Positions 1 through 10,564 of a DNA stretch of 64,000 bases are shown here, in pieces. Positions within the stretch are counted from its first letter, which is position 1, and every line of letters begins with the position of its first letter. Below the pieces are notes generated by a model. The model did not search any database and was not told where the DNA came from. It saw only the letters and a program-made list of their open reading frames with translations. The position numbers and the translations under genes are program-made. Origin of the DNA: Bacteroidia bacterium (lineage in GTDB: Bacteria > Bacteroidota > Bacteroidia > AKYH767-A > OLB10); contig JAEUTH010000021.1 in the NCBI GenBank assembly GCA_016788165.1, positions 153,046 to 217,045 on the forward strand, written 5' to 3'.

Positions 1-73
1 AAGTAGCTTTCGATCAAAACAATTGGCTCCCCAATTACTAAAACTGCATAGCTGCAAGCTTTGAGTTTATATT

Positions 74-532
74 TTATTTTTTCTTGTATTTACTTTCATA
101 TATATTTATCCAATTGGCAACGGTCATTTTTTTCATCAACTCACCAATTAGTGTAAAGGGTATTTCGTCAAACTTTTTAAAGCGGATACAACTTTTGCCC
201 ATATCTAATTTTTGCTTGCAATGTTTTGGATATTCAGCAACAAACCAATTTAATAATTCAGCATCGGCATAAATGCCCATGTGGTAAAAATTGATGGTGT
301 TTTTTTGTGATGCAATGCCAGCAAAAGGTAATGGTTCAACCGGTTTGCAATGATAACCATCAGGATAAATTTTATGGGGCACTACGTAACCTAAGCCGCC
401 ATAACTAATTGCAGGTTCAAATCCTTTAGGCAAATTTTTTACAATGGTTTTATGCAATTTATTAAACGCTTCCATTCTGTCTTCGGGCACATTGGCTAAA
501 ATTTCTTTTACTGTATTTCCTGTTGCTTTCAT
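74..532 (-). CDS. DUF1801 (YdhG/YjbR-like) domain protein
   Basis: 152-aa ORF; length and composition typical of the DUF1801 family; immediately followed by a second member of the same family. Confidence 0.55.
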   Translation of the reverse strand: MKATGNTVKEILANVPEDRMEAFNKLHKTIVKNLPKGFEPAISYGGLGYVVPHKIYPDGYHCKPVEPLPFAGIASQKNTINFYHMGIYADAELLNWFVAEYPKHCKQKLDMGKSCIRFKKFDEIPFTLIGELMKKMTVANWINIYESKYKKK

Positions 533-574
533 GTGTTAAGTATTGAGATTATTTTTTACTACTGAAAATTAAAT

Positions 575-955
575 TTATTTTTTGGTTTCAACTGACAAAC
601 ATTCGGCTTTTCTGAATCGGATTATGTTTTGAATAAGTGCAACCGGCAAAGGTTTGTTATTTGGAAATTGAATGGCCGATTTAGAAACTTTTAAGGCGCT
701 TAATTCGGTTTCAAAATGTTTTAACAATGCTGTACTCCAAGGACTTGAAATAGTGATATGATTTTTGAAAGCTGCATAATATATTAAGTAATGTTTGGCG
801 CCTAATTTATATGCCGGTATCTGGTAACTAATTACGGCTACGGTATCGGGTGCAACTTGATTTATGATTGATTTAATTATTTCCAAGCGGCTTAATGTTT
901 CGCCCGAAAATGATTGATGATATTCTTCAACATTTTGATAATCGGTCTTTGGCAT
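575..955 (-). CDS. DUF1801 domain protein (tandem paralog)
   Basis: 126-aa ORF, same family and orientation as the 74-532 gene. Confidence 0.5.
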   Translation of the reverse strand: MPKTDYQNVEEYHQSFSGETLSRLEIIKSIINQVAPDTVAVISYQIPAYKLGAKHYLIYYAAFKNHITISSPWSTALLKHFETELSALKVSKSAIQFPNNKPLPVALIQNIIRFRKAECLSVETKK

Positions 956-1068
956 CGTATAATTTATTGATTGCTTAAAAGTAACAATCGTTTCCGTTTA
1001 AAATTAGAATCTAATATTTAATAGCCCTCATCTGTTTACAAAATATATTTAATAGTGTGTAAATAAAA

Positions 1069-1097
1069 AAGCCATAAGTATTGATAGCTTATGGCTT
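1069..1097 (-). terminator. rho-independent terminator downstream of lon
   Basis: Inverted repeat aagccataag/cttatggctt with a 9-nt loop. A-run aaataaaaaa at 1061-1070 on the + strand gives a U-tract after the stem on the - strand. Lies 50 nt beyond the lon stop. Confidence 0.5.
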
Positions 1098-1148
1098 TGC
1101 TTTAAAAATAAAGCATAGAGTACAACTTTGCTTAATGCTTACTGCACT

Positions 1149-3629
1149 TTAATTTAACGCTTTTGTTATTTCTGTTTTGATACTAAAATTTAAAGCGGGT
1201 TTTACTTTTTCTTTCATCAATGCAATTTCCACAACTTCGGCCATGGTTTTTACATAATGAAAACGCAGGTCTTTTAAGTAAGTGGGTTTTATTTCTTCAA
1301 TATCTTTTAAGTTATCGGCACTTAAAATTATATCCTTAATGCCTGCTCTTTTTGCTGCCAATATTTTTTCTTTAATACCGCCAACCGGTAATACTTTACC
1401 ACGCAGGGTAATTTCGCCCGTCATGGCTAAATTCTTTTTAACCTTTCGTTGTGTAAATGCCGATGCCAAACTGGTAAGCATGGTTATACCTGCACTGGGG
1501 CCATCTTTAGGTGTGGCACCTTCGGGCACGTGTATGTGTATGTCCCAGTTGTCAAACACATCATAATTTATTTTTAAATTTTCGGCATGTGCTTTTAAAT
1601 AGGCTAGTGCAAGGTGTGCACTTTCTTTCATAACCTCGCCCAAATTGCCTGTTAATGTTAGCCTGCCCTTGCCTTTGCTTAGGCTTGTTTCGATAAAAAG
1701 AATTTGACCACCCACACTGGTCCAGGCCAAGCCGGTAACTACTCCGGCCACATCATTGGTTTGGTAACGGTCGCGTAAGAAGCGTGGTGCACCTAATATT
1801 TTATATACTTCTTCAGTATTAATTTGTGTGTCATACTTTTCATCCATTGCCACGCGCTTTGCTATTTGGCGGGCAATTGAAGCTATTTGCTTTTCGATAT
1901 TACGCACACCGCTTTCGCTGGTATATTCTTCAATTATTGATTCGATAACTGAGGGTGCTATACTCAGTTGTTTTTTATTAATACCATGTGCTTCTAATTG
2001 CTTGGGTATCAGATATTGTGAAGCTATTTGTACTTTTTCTTCTACCGTGTAACCCGATATGTCAATAATTTCCATACGGTCGAGTAGGGCAGGTTGTATG
2101 GAAGATAATGAGTTAGCTGTTGCAATAAAAAGTACCTGGCTTAAATCGTAGCCTAACTCTAAATAATTATCATAGAAAGCTGCATTTTGTTCGGGGTCCA
2201 ATGCTTCGAGTAATGCCGATGATGGGTCGCCATGAAAGGTATTGCTTAGTTTATCAATTTCGTCTAATACAAAAACAGGGTTCGATGTTTTGGCTTTTTT
2301 TATACTTTGTATCACACGTCCAGGCATAGCGCCAATATAGGTTTTGCGGTGGCCGCGTATTTCGGCTTCATCATGAACGCCACCTAAACTCATGCGCACG
2401 TATTGGCGATTTAAAGCTTTGGCAATACTTTTACCTAACGATGTTTTACCAACTCCGGGTGGGCCGTACAAACAAATAATGGGCGATTTCATATTGCGTT
2501 TAAGTTTTAGTACAGCCAGATATTCCATTATGCGTTGCTTCACTTTTTCTAAGCCGTAATGGTCGCTGTCTAAAATTTTTTGTGCTCTTTTTAAATCAAA
2601 ATTATCTTCACTGTACTCATTCCAGGGCAGGCTAAGCAAGGTATCCAGGTAACTCATGGTTACACTGTATTCAGCAGCAGCTGGGTTTAGCCTTTGTAAC
2701 CTTTCTATTTCTTTATTAAAATGTTCTTCTATTTCTTTACTCCAACTTTTTTTGCGGCCCTTTTCGCGCATTTCGGCAATTTCCTGGTCGGGTGTATTGC
2801 CACCTAATTCTTCTTGTATTTGTTTAAGTTGTTGATTTAAAAAATAATCACGCTGTTGTTTATCTAAATCAACTTTAACTTTTGATTGTATTTGATTTTT
2901 TAATTCAAGCATTTGTAACTCTTTGGTTAAATGCTCTAACACCTTTATGGCACGTTCTTTTAAATTTACAAGCTCTAAAATCTCCTGTTTATTAGCCGAC
3001 TCCACATTCATATTTGATGATATAAAATGAATGAGGAATGATGGGCTGTCAATATTTTTTATAGCCAAAGCAGCCTCGGCCGGTATTTGCTGGTTAAGTT
3101 GAATGATTTGCAGCGATATATCTTTTAGCGAATCAACGGTTGCCTTAAATTCTTTGTCGTTTTTGGCCGGCTTTACATCGTGCAATGGTTTTACCGATGC
3201 CTTAATGTATGGTTCTTCTTGTTGCAGGTCTTGAAGCTCGATTCGTTTTTTCCCCTGTATAATTACGGTGGTGTTGCCATCGGGCATTTGCAGCATCTTT
3301 AAAACATGTGCTACGGTGCCAATTTTGTTTAAGTCATCAAACCGTGGATCTTCAGTGCTTACATCTTTTTGTGAAACAACGCCTATTGTTTTATCAGCTT
3401 TGTAAGCATCGCGAATAAGTTTGATTGACTTATCGCGTCCAACTGTAATTGGAATAACCACACCCGGAAACAATACGGTGTTACGTAATGGCAATATCGG
3501 TAATATTTCAGGTATTTTTTCATCACTCATTCTGTCCTCATCTTCTTGGGTAAGCAATGGAATCATTTCTGACTCGTCATCGGCCAAAGCGGCCATTTTT
3601 ATCTTTATGTTGTCGTTATCGAAGTTCAT
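1149..3629 (-). CDS. lon: ATP-dependent protease La (Lon)
   Basis: 826 aa. N-terminal LON substrate-binding region, AAA+ Walker A GPPGVGKTS, C-terminal proteolytic domain with the catalytic-Ser motif PKDGPSAG. Confidence 0.95.
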   Translation of the reverse strand: MNFDNDNIKIKMAALADDESEMIPLLTQEDEDRMSDEKIPEILPILPLRNTVLFPGVVIPITVGRDKSIKLIRDAYKADKTIGVVSQKDVSTEDPRFDDLNKIGTVAHVLKMLQMPDGNTTVIIQGKKRIELQDLQQEEPYIKASVKPLHDVKPAKNDKEFKATVDSLKDISLQIIQLNQQIPAEAALAIKNIDSPSFLIHFISSNMNVESANKQEILELVNLKERAIKVLEHLTKELQMLELKNQIQSKVKVDLDKQQRDYFLNQQLKQIQEELGGNTPDQEIAEMREKGRKKSWSKEIEEHFNKEIERLQRLNPAAAEYSVTMSYLDTLLSLPWNEYSEDNFDLKRAQKILDSDHYGLEKVKQRIMEYLAVLKLKRNMKSPIICLYGPPGVGKTSLGKSIAKALNRQYVRMSLGGVHDEAEIRGHRKTYIGAMPGRVIQSIKKAKTSNPVFVLDEIDKLSNTFHGDPSSALLEALDPEQNAAFYDNYLELGYDLSQVLFIATANSLSSIQPALLDRMEIIDISGYTVEEKVQIASQYLIPKQLEAHGINKKQLSIAPSVIESIIEEYTSESGVRNIEKQIASIARQIAKRVAMDEKYDTQINTEEVYKILGAPRFLRDRYQTNDVAGVVTGLAWTSVGGQILFIETSLSKGKGRLTLTGNLGEVMKESAHLALAYLKAHAENLKINYDVFDNWDIHIHVPEGATPKDGPSAGITMLTSLASAFTQRKVKKNLAMTGEITLRGKVLPVGGIKEKILAAKRAGIKDIILSADNLKDIEEIKPTYLKDLRFHYVKTMAEVVEIALMKEKVKPALNFSIKTEITKALN

Positions 3630-3769
3630 ATTATTTAATATTCGGTCAATTTGTCAAGTACAGTATTGTTTTGGCTGTTTAGAAACGTAAATTTTAATAA
3701 ACGGCCTTTAGTCTAACATTATGCCAAGGCGAAGCATTACTTTTTTAATATTGCTTAAAACTTTTAACC

Positions 3770-4150
3770 ATGCAAAATCCATTTATTCGTTTTATACTAA
3801 CGACTATTAAGGGTGGTGTTTTTTTACTGCTTCCTGTATTTGCAATAATTTATGGAGTTTTAAAAGTAGCAGATACGATAAGGCCAATAACCGAACCCAT
3901 AATTTTATATTTTGGTTTTGAGCTAACATTTGGTCCGTTTACACAACAAATTTTTGCCTTACTGATATTGTTTCTCTTATGTTTTATTGCCGGGTTGTTG
4001 CTGCATTTAAAGTTTTTCAAAACATTAAACATTAAAATAGACAGCTTCATAAACCAGCTCATCCCATCATATGGCGCTATGAAAAGCAAGGTTGATAATG
4101 AGCTAAAGCGTTTTAATAGCGATGATAATAAAAACGCAAACCAAACTTAA
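3770..4150 (+). CDS. small polytopic membrane protein (DUF502-like N-terminus, short)
   Basis: 126 aa with two or three hydrophobic helices. The 3' end overlaps the convergent 4147-5370 gene by 4 nt. Family assignment is weak. Confidence 0.3.
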   Translation: MQNPFIRFILTTIKGGVFLLLPVFAIIYGVLKVADTIRPITEPIILYFGFELTFGPFTQQIFALLILFLLCFIAGLLLHLKFFKTLNIKIDSFINQLIPSYGAMKSKVDNELKRFNSDDNKNANQT

Positions 4151-5370
4151 TCACAATTGGTTAGGCTAAAAACGTGTTTCAAGATAGCGGCTTCATCAGT
4201 ATCAAAATTTAATCCCCTACGTTGATACACACGTTGTGCAAGTTCAACTGCATCTTCGATACGAAATACTTCGCCATTACCGGGCTGGCCCCATGTAAAG
4301 CTGGGTATGTGTTTGGGCGGAAACCCCTGTGTAAAAATGTTGGCGGCTACGCCTACTACAGTACCTGTATTAAACTGTGTGTTAATAGCACATTTACTGT
4401 GATCGCCCATGGTTAATCCACAAAATTGCAAACCGGTATCAATGTAATTTTGTTCGAGGTAATCAAACACCTTAATGTTGCTATAATTATTTTTTAAATT
4501 GCTGCAATTGGTATCAGCACCCAAATTGCACCATTGTCCAATAACAGCATTGCCTATATATCCATCATGTGCCTTATTACTATTTGCCATAAAAATGCTG
4601 TTGTTTACTTCGCCACCCACTTTGCAATAATTGCCAACCGTAGTTGCGCCATAAATTTTGGTTCCCATTTTAAGTTGTGCATTATCGCCTAAAGCAAATG
4701 GACCTCTAATCATACATCCTTCCATTACCAAAGCATTTTTGCCAATATAAATGGGGCCGGTACTGCCATTTAAGGTTGATACCAATACTTGGGCATCTTC
4801 TTCAATAAAAATATTTTCAAGACCAATTAACTTATTGGGGGCATATATAGGTTGCGATTTTCTGCCTGCAGTAAGCAAAGCAAAATCAGCTTTAATAGCC
4901 CAATCGTTATAAGTAAAAAAATGCCAACACCTTTCTAAAACAGTTGCTTCCTGCACTTGTAATTGTTCCTTTTTGTTCAATAAAAACCGGTAATCAACAA
5001 TCTCATCCCGGCTGGCACCGGTAGCCAATACAACATCGTTATAAACCAATTGCTGATTAACGCTTAACGAGGCAATGGCATCACATAAAAATGGTGTTGG
5101 TAGTAAAGCCGCATTTATAACAACATTATCCGATTCGGTATGCAATGGATATTTGTTTTCTAAGTATTGTGGCGTTAAATAACTCATGTTTGCCGCCAAC
5201 ATATGTTCCCATTTTTCTTTAAGGGTAAGTATGCCAATTCGTAAATCGGATACAGGTCGCATAAAGGTTAACGGTTTTAATTGCTCATGGTAAATACCAT
5301 CATAGAGTATAAAGTTCACTTTTTTTTGCTGCCAATGTAATATATAGCTTTTAATACAACCTTCGAGCAA
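4147..5370 (-). CDS. putative sugar-nucleotidyltransferase with C-terminal left-handed beta-helix (GlmU-like)
   Basis: 407 aa. The C-terminal half is rich in hexapeptide-like repeats (IGNAVIGQWCNLGADTNCSNLKNN...). The N-terminal half is nucleotidyltransferase-like. Confidence 0.5.
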   Translation of the reverse strand: MLEGCIKSYILHWQQKKVNFILYDGIYHEQLKPLTFMRPVSDLRIGILTLKEKWEHMLAANMSYLTPQYLENKYPLHTESDNVVINAALLPTPFLCDAIASLSVNQQLVYNDVVLATGASRDEIVDYRFLLNKKEQLQVQEATVLERCWHFFTYNDWAIKADFALLTAGRKSQPIYAPNKLIGLENIFIEEDAQVLVSTLNGSTGPIYIGKNALVMEGCMIRGPFALGDNAQLKMGTKIYGATTVGNYCKVGGEVNNSIFMANSNKAHDGYIGNAVIGQWCNLGADTNCSNLKNNYSNIKVFDYLEQNYIDTGLQFCGLTMGDHSKCAINTQFNTGTVVGVAANIFTQGFPPKHIPSFTWGQPGNGEVFRIEDAVELAQRVYQRRGLNFDTDEAAILKHVFSLTNCD

Positions 5371-5434
5371 TTAAAAACACATCGAAATGTTGTTTCGTAA
5401 TTAAAGCATGAATGCAAGAAATATTTTTTAGTAC

Positions 5435-5463
5435 TTGTTTTTAGAGGCTAAAAAATACTTTTG
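5435..5463 (+). promoter_or_regulatory. candidate Bacteroidota sigma-A promoter for the acyl-CoA dehydrogenase gene
   Basis: TTG at 5435-5437 and TACTTTTG (TAnnTTTG -7 box) at 5456-5463, 19 nt apart, about 47 nt upstream of the ATG at 5510. Overlapped by the perfect palindrome tgttgcaaca at 5462-5471. Confidence 0.3.
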
Positions 5464-5509
5464 TTGCAACAGCTATTTAAACTGAAATATTAATTATTGT
5501 GATATTGTT

Positions 5510-7285
5510 ATGGATAATAAACTCATAAAAGGCGGTGCGTTTTTAATATCTGCCACTGATTACAAAAGTGTTTTCATACGTGAAGAGTTAACGGAGGAAC
5601 ACCGTATGATGGCCGATATGGCTACAGATTTTTTAAAACAAAACGTTGATAATCAACATGAAAGATTAGATGCGCAAGAAGCAGGCTTAATGCCATCCAT
5701 AATCGAAAAAGCGGGCGAGCTCGGCTTGTTAGGCATATCCGTACCCGAAACATACGGAGGCAGTGGAAAAGATTTTATTTCATCTATTTTAATTACCGAA
5801 GTTTTAGGTGGTGGCCATTCGTTTTCAGTGGCATGTGCAGCACATACAGGCATTGGTACATTGCCCATTTTATATTTTGGTACCGAAGCACAAAAGCAAA
5901 AATATTTGCCGCACTTGGTATCAGGTAATTGGAAAGGTTCTTATTGCTTAACCGAACCCGGCAGTGGCAGCGATGCCTTGGCAGCCAAAACAAAAGCTGT
6001 GCTTACCGATGATGGTAAACATTATGTGTTGAATGGCCAAAAAATGTGGATTACCAATGCAGGCTTCGCAAATGTGTTTACCGTGTTTGCACAGGTTGAT
6101 GGAAATAAGTTTACAGCTTTTATAGTTGAGTCGGGTACAGCCGGATTATCTTTAGGCGATGAAGAACATAAAATGGGTATTAAAGGCAGCTCTACCCGCC
6201 AGGTGTTTTTTGCCGATTGCAAAGTGCCTGTCGAAAACGTTTTAGGCGAAGTAGGCAAAGGACATTTAATTGCTTTTAATATTCTAAACATCGGTCGAAT
6301 TAAATTAGCCATTGCAGCATTAGGTGGCGCAAAGCGGGTTTCTACCATGAGTGTGCAATATGCTGCAACGCGCGAACAGTTTAAATTGCCAATTGCAAAG
6401 TTTGGTGCTATCAGATACAAATTAGCCGAACAAGCCATAAGACTGTTTGCTTGCGAGTCGAGCATCTACCGTGTAGCCGATTTAATTGATGAAAAAGAAC
6501 GTGCCCTGCTAGCCGAAGGTAAAAATTATGCCGATGCTTTGTTAGGCGCTGCCGAAGAATATGCCGTTGAGTGTGCCATGCTTAAAGTTAGTGGTAGCGA
6601 AGTTTTAGATTATATAGTTGACGAAGGCGTACAAATTTATGGAGGATATGGATACAGTGCCGATTTTCCGATGGACCGCGCATACCGCGACTCGCGCATT
6701 AACCGCATTTTTGAAGGTACCAATGAAATTAACAGGTTGCTTACTGTTGATATGCTGTTAAAGCGCGCCATGAAAGGCGAGTTGGATTTAATGACACCTG
6801 CAATGGCTGTGCAAAAAGAATTGCTCGAAATACCTGATTTTACGGAAGATGAAACACCTTTTGCAGCATACTATAAGCTTATAGCCAACTTTAAAAAAGC
6901 AATATTGATGGTAGCGGGTACAGCCGTTCAAAAATACATGATGCAATTGGCTAAGGAGCAGGAAATACTTATAAATATAGCCGATATGGCCATAGACGCC
7001 TATAATGCCGAATCGTTATTAATGCGCGTGCAAAAAATAACCGATATGAAGGGTGATGAAGCGGCAGCAACCTATAATGCCATGTTACAGGTTTACTTAT
7101 TCGATATGGCCGATAAAATTCATAATTCAGGTAAAAATGCAATTGCATCAATAGCCGAAGGTGATGAGTTGCGTTTATTACTCTTAGGCCTCAAACGTTT
7201 TACTAAAACAGCACCGGTAAACAGCCGCGATTTACGCAGGCAAATTGCCAAAGCATTAATTGATGCGAATGAATATTGTTTTTAG
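5510..7285 (+). CDS. acyl-CoA dehydrogenase family protein (long-chain, FadE-like)
   Basis: 591 aa with ACAD N-terminal, middle and C-terminal domain signatures (YCLTEPGSGSD, GQKMWITNA, IFEGTNEI). Confidence 0.9.
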   Translation: MDNKLIKGGAFLISATDYKSVFIREELTEEHRMMADMATDFLKQNVDNQHERLDAQEAGLMPSIIEKAGELGLLGISVPETYGGSGKDFISSILITEVLGGGHSFSVACAAHTGIGTLPILYFGTEAQKQKYLPHLVSGNWKGSYCLTEPGSGSDALAAKTKAVLTDDGKHYVLNGQKMWITNAGFANVFTVFAQVDGNKFTAFIVESGTAGLSLGDEEHKMGIKGSSTRQVFFADCKVPVENVLGEVGKGHLIAFNILNIGRIKLAIAALGGAKRVSTMSVQYAATREQFKLPIAKFGAIRYKLAEQAIRLFACESSIYRVADLIDEKERALLAEGKNYADALLGAAEEYAVECAMLKVSGSEVLDYIVDEGVQIYGGYGYSADFPMDRAYRDSRINRIFEGTNEINRLLTVDMLLKRAMKGELDLMTPAMAVQKELLEIPDFTEDETPFAAYYKLIANFKKAILMVAGTAVQKYMMQLAKEQEILINIADMAIDAYNAESLLMRVQKITDMKGDEAAATYNAMLQVYLFDMADKIHNSGKNAIASIAEGDELRLLLLGLKRFTKTAPVNSRDLRRQIAKALIDANEYCF

Positions 7286-7335
7286 TATCACTGATTTAAA
7301 ACTTTAATGTAACACCAAATTGCAAAAACTTAGTT

Positions 7336-7890
7336 ATGTATATTGCTATTATTAGTGCCAGCATACGCGTAAATAACAACACGCAAAGAGTTGCTGCTTT
7401 AATTAATCAATATGTGCAAAGTAACACCGGCTATAAAACCAAACTGCTCGACTTAAACACATATCAGTTTCCGCTTTTTACCGAAAGGTTAAGCCATCAG
7501 CCACATCCGCAGCCTAATGTAATTGAGTTTGCCAATGCCATAAAAAACAGCCAGGGTGTTATTATAGTTGTTCCCGAGTATAATGGTGGCTATCCGGCCG
7601 CTTTAAAAAATGTTGTTGATTTGCTTTATAGTGAGTGGTATCATAAACCGGTAGCCATAAGCACGGTTTCCGATGGCTCATTTGGAGGCTCGCAGGTAAT
7701 TACCAGTTTGCAATTTGTGTTATGGAAAATGAAGGCCATAACCGTACCGGCCATGTTTCCAAATCCCAACGTGAAAAACGAGCTAAACGAACAAGGTCAG
7801 GCACTGCCCGATAGTCCTGTTTACAAGCGTTTAAGCGCTTTTATTGCCGAGCTGATATGGTGCATTGAGGCTGTTAACAAAATGAAATGA
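7336..7890 (+). CDS. NAD(P)H-dependent FMN reductase
   Basis: 184 aa flavodoxin-like fold with a PEYNGGYPAALKN motif typical of FMN reductases. Confidence 0.7.
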   Translation: MYIAIISASIRVNNNTQRVAALINQYVQSNTGYKTKLLDLNTYQFPLFTERLSHQPHPQPNVIEFANAIKNSQGVIIVVPEYNGGYPAALKNVVDLLYSEWYHKPVAISTVSDGSFGGSQVITSLQFVLWKMKAITVPAMFPNPNVKNELNEQGQALPDSPVYKRLSAFIAELIWCIEAVNKMK

Positions 7891-7983
7891 TACATAACTT
7901 TTATGCATAGGTAATTGCCTTATATTTGTGGGCTTTTTTATACGGCATTTCAAAGTTTTATCAATCATTTATAAAAATATAAA

Positions 7984-9375
7984 GTGACTTTAATTAAATC
8001 AATCTCTGGTATCAGAGGTACCATTGGCGGGCAACCCGGTAACTCGCTAACACCGGTTGATGTTGTAAAATATACAGCTGCTTTTGCAACCATCCTTAAA
8101 AATAAACATAACCAAACTTGCAAGGTAGTTTTGGGCCGCGATGCCCGTATCAGTGGGCTGATGTTAGAAAATTTAATTGGTGCCACACTTATTAGCATGG
8201 GGATTGATGTAATAAATTTAGGATTAACCACTACGCCCACTACAGAAATGGCTGTAGTGCATCACAAGGCACAAGGTGGTATTATACTTACAGCCAGCCA
8301 TAACCCCAAACAATGGAATGCCTTAAAACTTCTGAACGAAAAAGGTGAATTTATTTCTGCAGCCGATGGTGAATGGCTTCTTAACATTGCCGAAAAAGGC
8401 AAGTTTGATTTTACAGATGTAAATAGCTTAGGTAAAATTCAAAAAGATAACGATGCTTTGCAACGCCACATTACAGCCATAATTAACTTACCTATGGTTG
8501 ATGCAGCATTAATTGGATCGAAAAAGTTTAAAGTTGTGGTTGATGCAATAAACTCATCAGGCGCTATTGCAGTACCGCAGCTCTTAAGTGCATTAGGCGT
8601 AGAGGCATTGGTAATTAATGGCGAAACAAATGGCCATTTTGCACACAACCCCGAACCATTGCCTGAACATTTGCATGAAATAGCGCAAAAAGTTGTAAAA
8701 GAAAGTGCCCATGCCGGTATTGTAGTTGACCCTGATGTGGACCGTTTGGCATTTGTTTGTGAAAATGGCGAAATGTTTGGCGAAGAATATACACTTGTTG
8801 CCGTTGCCAATCACATGTTACAATATGAAGTAGGCAATACGGTAAGCAACTTATCAAGTACACGCGCACTTAGAGACGTTACCGAAAAAGCGGGAGGTAA
8901 ATACTTTGCCGCTGCAGTTGGCGAAGTTAATGTGGTAAGTATGATGAAAGCACAAAATGCAATTATTGGAGGCGAGGGTAATGGTGGTATTATTGTGCCT
9001 CAATTACACTACGGACGTGATGCAATGGTAGGTATAGCCTTATTCCTAACACATTTGGCAAAAACAGGCAAAAGTTGCAGCATGTTGCGCTCAGCATTTC
9101 CCGATTACCATATATCGAAAAATAAAATTGAATTAACCGAAGATATTGATGTAGATGCCGTGCTAACATACATAGCCGACCGTTACAGCCAATATCAGGT
9201 TAACCAGATTGATGGCGTTAAAATTGACTTTGAAAAAGAATGGATTCATTTGCGCAAATCCAATACCGAACCCATTATACGCATTTATGCTGAAAGCAGC
9301 AGTATGACTACAGCCAACAATTTGGCACAAAAAATTATTACAGACATAAAAGAGTTTATTCAGCAAACTGCCTGA
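7984..9375 (+). CDS. glmM: phosphoglucosamine mutase / phosphohexomutase
   Basis: 463 aa with GTIGG and the active-site Ser loop TASHNP, four-domain phosphohexomutase layout. GTG start. Confidence 0.85.
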   Translation: MTLIKSISGIRGTIGGQPGNSLTPVDVVKYTAAFATILKNKHNQTCKVVLGRDARISGLMLENLIGATLISMGIDVINLGLTTTPTTEMAVVHHKAQGGIILTASHNPKQWNALKLLNEKGEFISAADGEWLLNIAEKGKFDFTDVNSLGKIQKDNDALQRHITAIINLPMVDAALIGSKKFKVVVDAINSSGAIAVPQLLSALGVEALVINGETNGHFAHNPEPLPEHLHEIAQKVVKESAHAGIVVDPDVDRLAFVCENGEMFGEEYTLVAVANHMLQYEVGNTVSNLSSTRALRDVTEKAGGKYFAAAVGEVNVVSMMKAQNAIIGGEGNGGIIVPQLHYGRDAMVGIALFLTHLAKTGKSCSMLRSAFPDYHISKNKIELTEDIDVDAVLTYIADRYSQYQVNQIDGVKIDFEKEWIHLRKSNTEPIIRIYAESSSMTTANNLAQKIITDIKEFIQQTA

Positions 9376-9400
9376 ACGAATTATAAATCATCACATCAAT

Positions 9401-10543
9401 ATGAAAGTATATTTAGATAATGCTGCCACTACACCTGTGCATCCGGATGTAGTGGCAACCATGGTTCCATTATTACAAAATGGATTTGGCAATCCATCAT
9501 CTATACATGCCTTTGGGCGCGAAATACGCTCCACCATTGAACAGGCGCGTAAAAAAATTGCGCAGTTAATTAACTGCAGTCCGGGCGAATTGTTTTTTAC
9601 TTCAGGCGGTACCGAAGCTAATAATATGGCAATCAGGTGTTCCATCGAACAGTTGCATATTAAGCATGCAATTACATCGCCAACCGAACATCATGCTGTA
9701 TTGCATACGCTCGAAGATTTAGCACATCAGGGCAAAATAAAACTGAGTTTGGTAAAAGTGGATGCTCAGGGCAATGTGGATTTGAATCATTTAGACGAAC
9801 TGTTACAAAATAACGAACGCAGTTTGGTATCGCTAATGCATGCAAACAATGAACTGGGTGTAGTGTTACCAATTGAAGCGGTAGGCCAAATTTGTAAGAG
9901 GTATGATGCATTATTTCATAGTGATACGGTGCAAACCATGGGGCATTATCCTTTTGATATGAAACAGTTGCAGGTTCATTTTATTAATTGTGCAGCACAT
10001 AAATTTCACGGCCCAAAAGGCGTAGGTTTTATATACATTAACAGTGCAATTAAAATTGCACCATTTATTACCGGAGGCTCGCAGGAACGAAATATGCGAG
10101 GCGGTACCGAAAATGTGTATGGCATAGCCGGATTGGCTAAAGCTTTAGAGTTGGCCTTCGCTGATATGGAATCAGACACTACCTATATACGTAGTTTAAA
10201 AGATTATATGCAAAGTAAATTAGTAGAAACCATACCTGGTATTAAATTTAATGGCGATATAAGTGCCAATAGTTTATATACGGTTCTTAATGTTTCGTTT
10301 CCCCCGGCCGACTTTGCCGAAATGATGTTATTTAATCTCGATATCAAAGGCATAGCAGCATCGGGTGGAAGCGCCTGTTCATCGGGTAGTAATGTAGGAT
10401 CGCATGTATTAGGTGCAATTGGAGTTGACCCTTCACGTCCTTGTGTTCGCTTTTCATTCAGTAAATTAAATACCAAAGCAGAAATTGACTATACCATCGA
10501 AGTTTTAAAAGGACTTTATAAGAATCAATCGGCAACTGCCTGA
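9401..10543 (+). CDS. cysteine desulfurase (class V aminotransferase, NifS/IscS-like)
   Basis: 380 aa with a PLP-binding region (SAHKFHGPKGVG) and active-site Cys loop (ASGGSACSSG). Confidence 0.85.
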   Translation: MKVYLDNAATTPVHPDVVATMVPLLQNGFGNPSSIHAFGREIRSTIEQARKKIAQLINCSPGELFFTSGGTEANNMAIRCSIEQLHIKHAITSPTEHHAVLHTLEDLAHQGKIKLSLVKVDAQGNVDLNHLDELLQNNERSLVSLMHANNELGVVLPIEAVGQICKRYDALFHSDTVQTMGHYPFDMKQLQVHFINCAAHKFHGPKGVGFIYINSAIKIAPFITGGSQERNMRGGTENVYGIAGLAKALELAFADMESDTTYIRSLKDYMQSKLVETIPGIKFNGDISANSLYTVLNVSFPPADFAEMMLFNLDIKGIAASGGSACSSGSNVGSHVLGAIGVDPSRPCVRFSFSKLNTKAEIDYTIEVLKGLYKNQSATA

Positions 10544-10564
10544 TTAAAAAATCCTGAAAACTGT

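Noticed and set aside
84-272. 62-aa + strand ORF
   Set aside because: Antisense to the DUF1801 gene at 74-532, with no ribosome-binding or promoter context.
1282-3690. + strand ORFs 1282-1566, 1828-2052 and 3421-3690
   Set aside because: All lie antisense within the well-supported lon CDS and have low-complexity Ser/Ile-rich translations.
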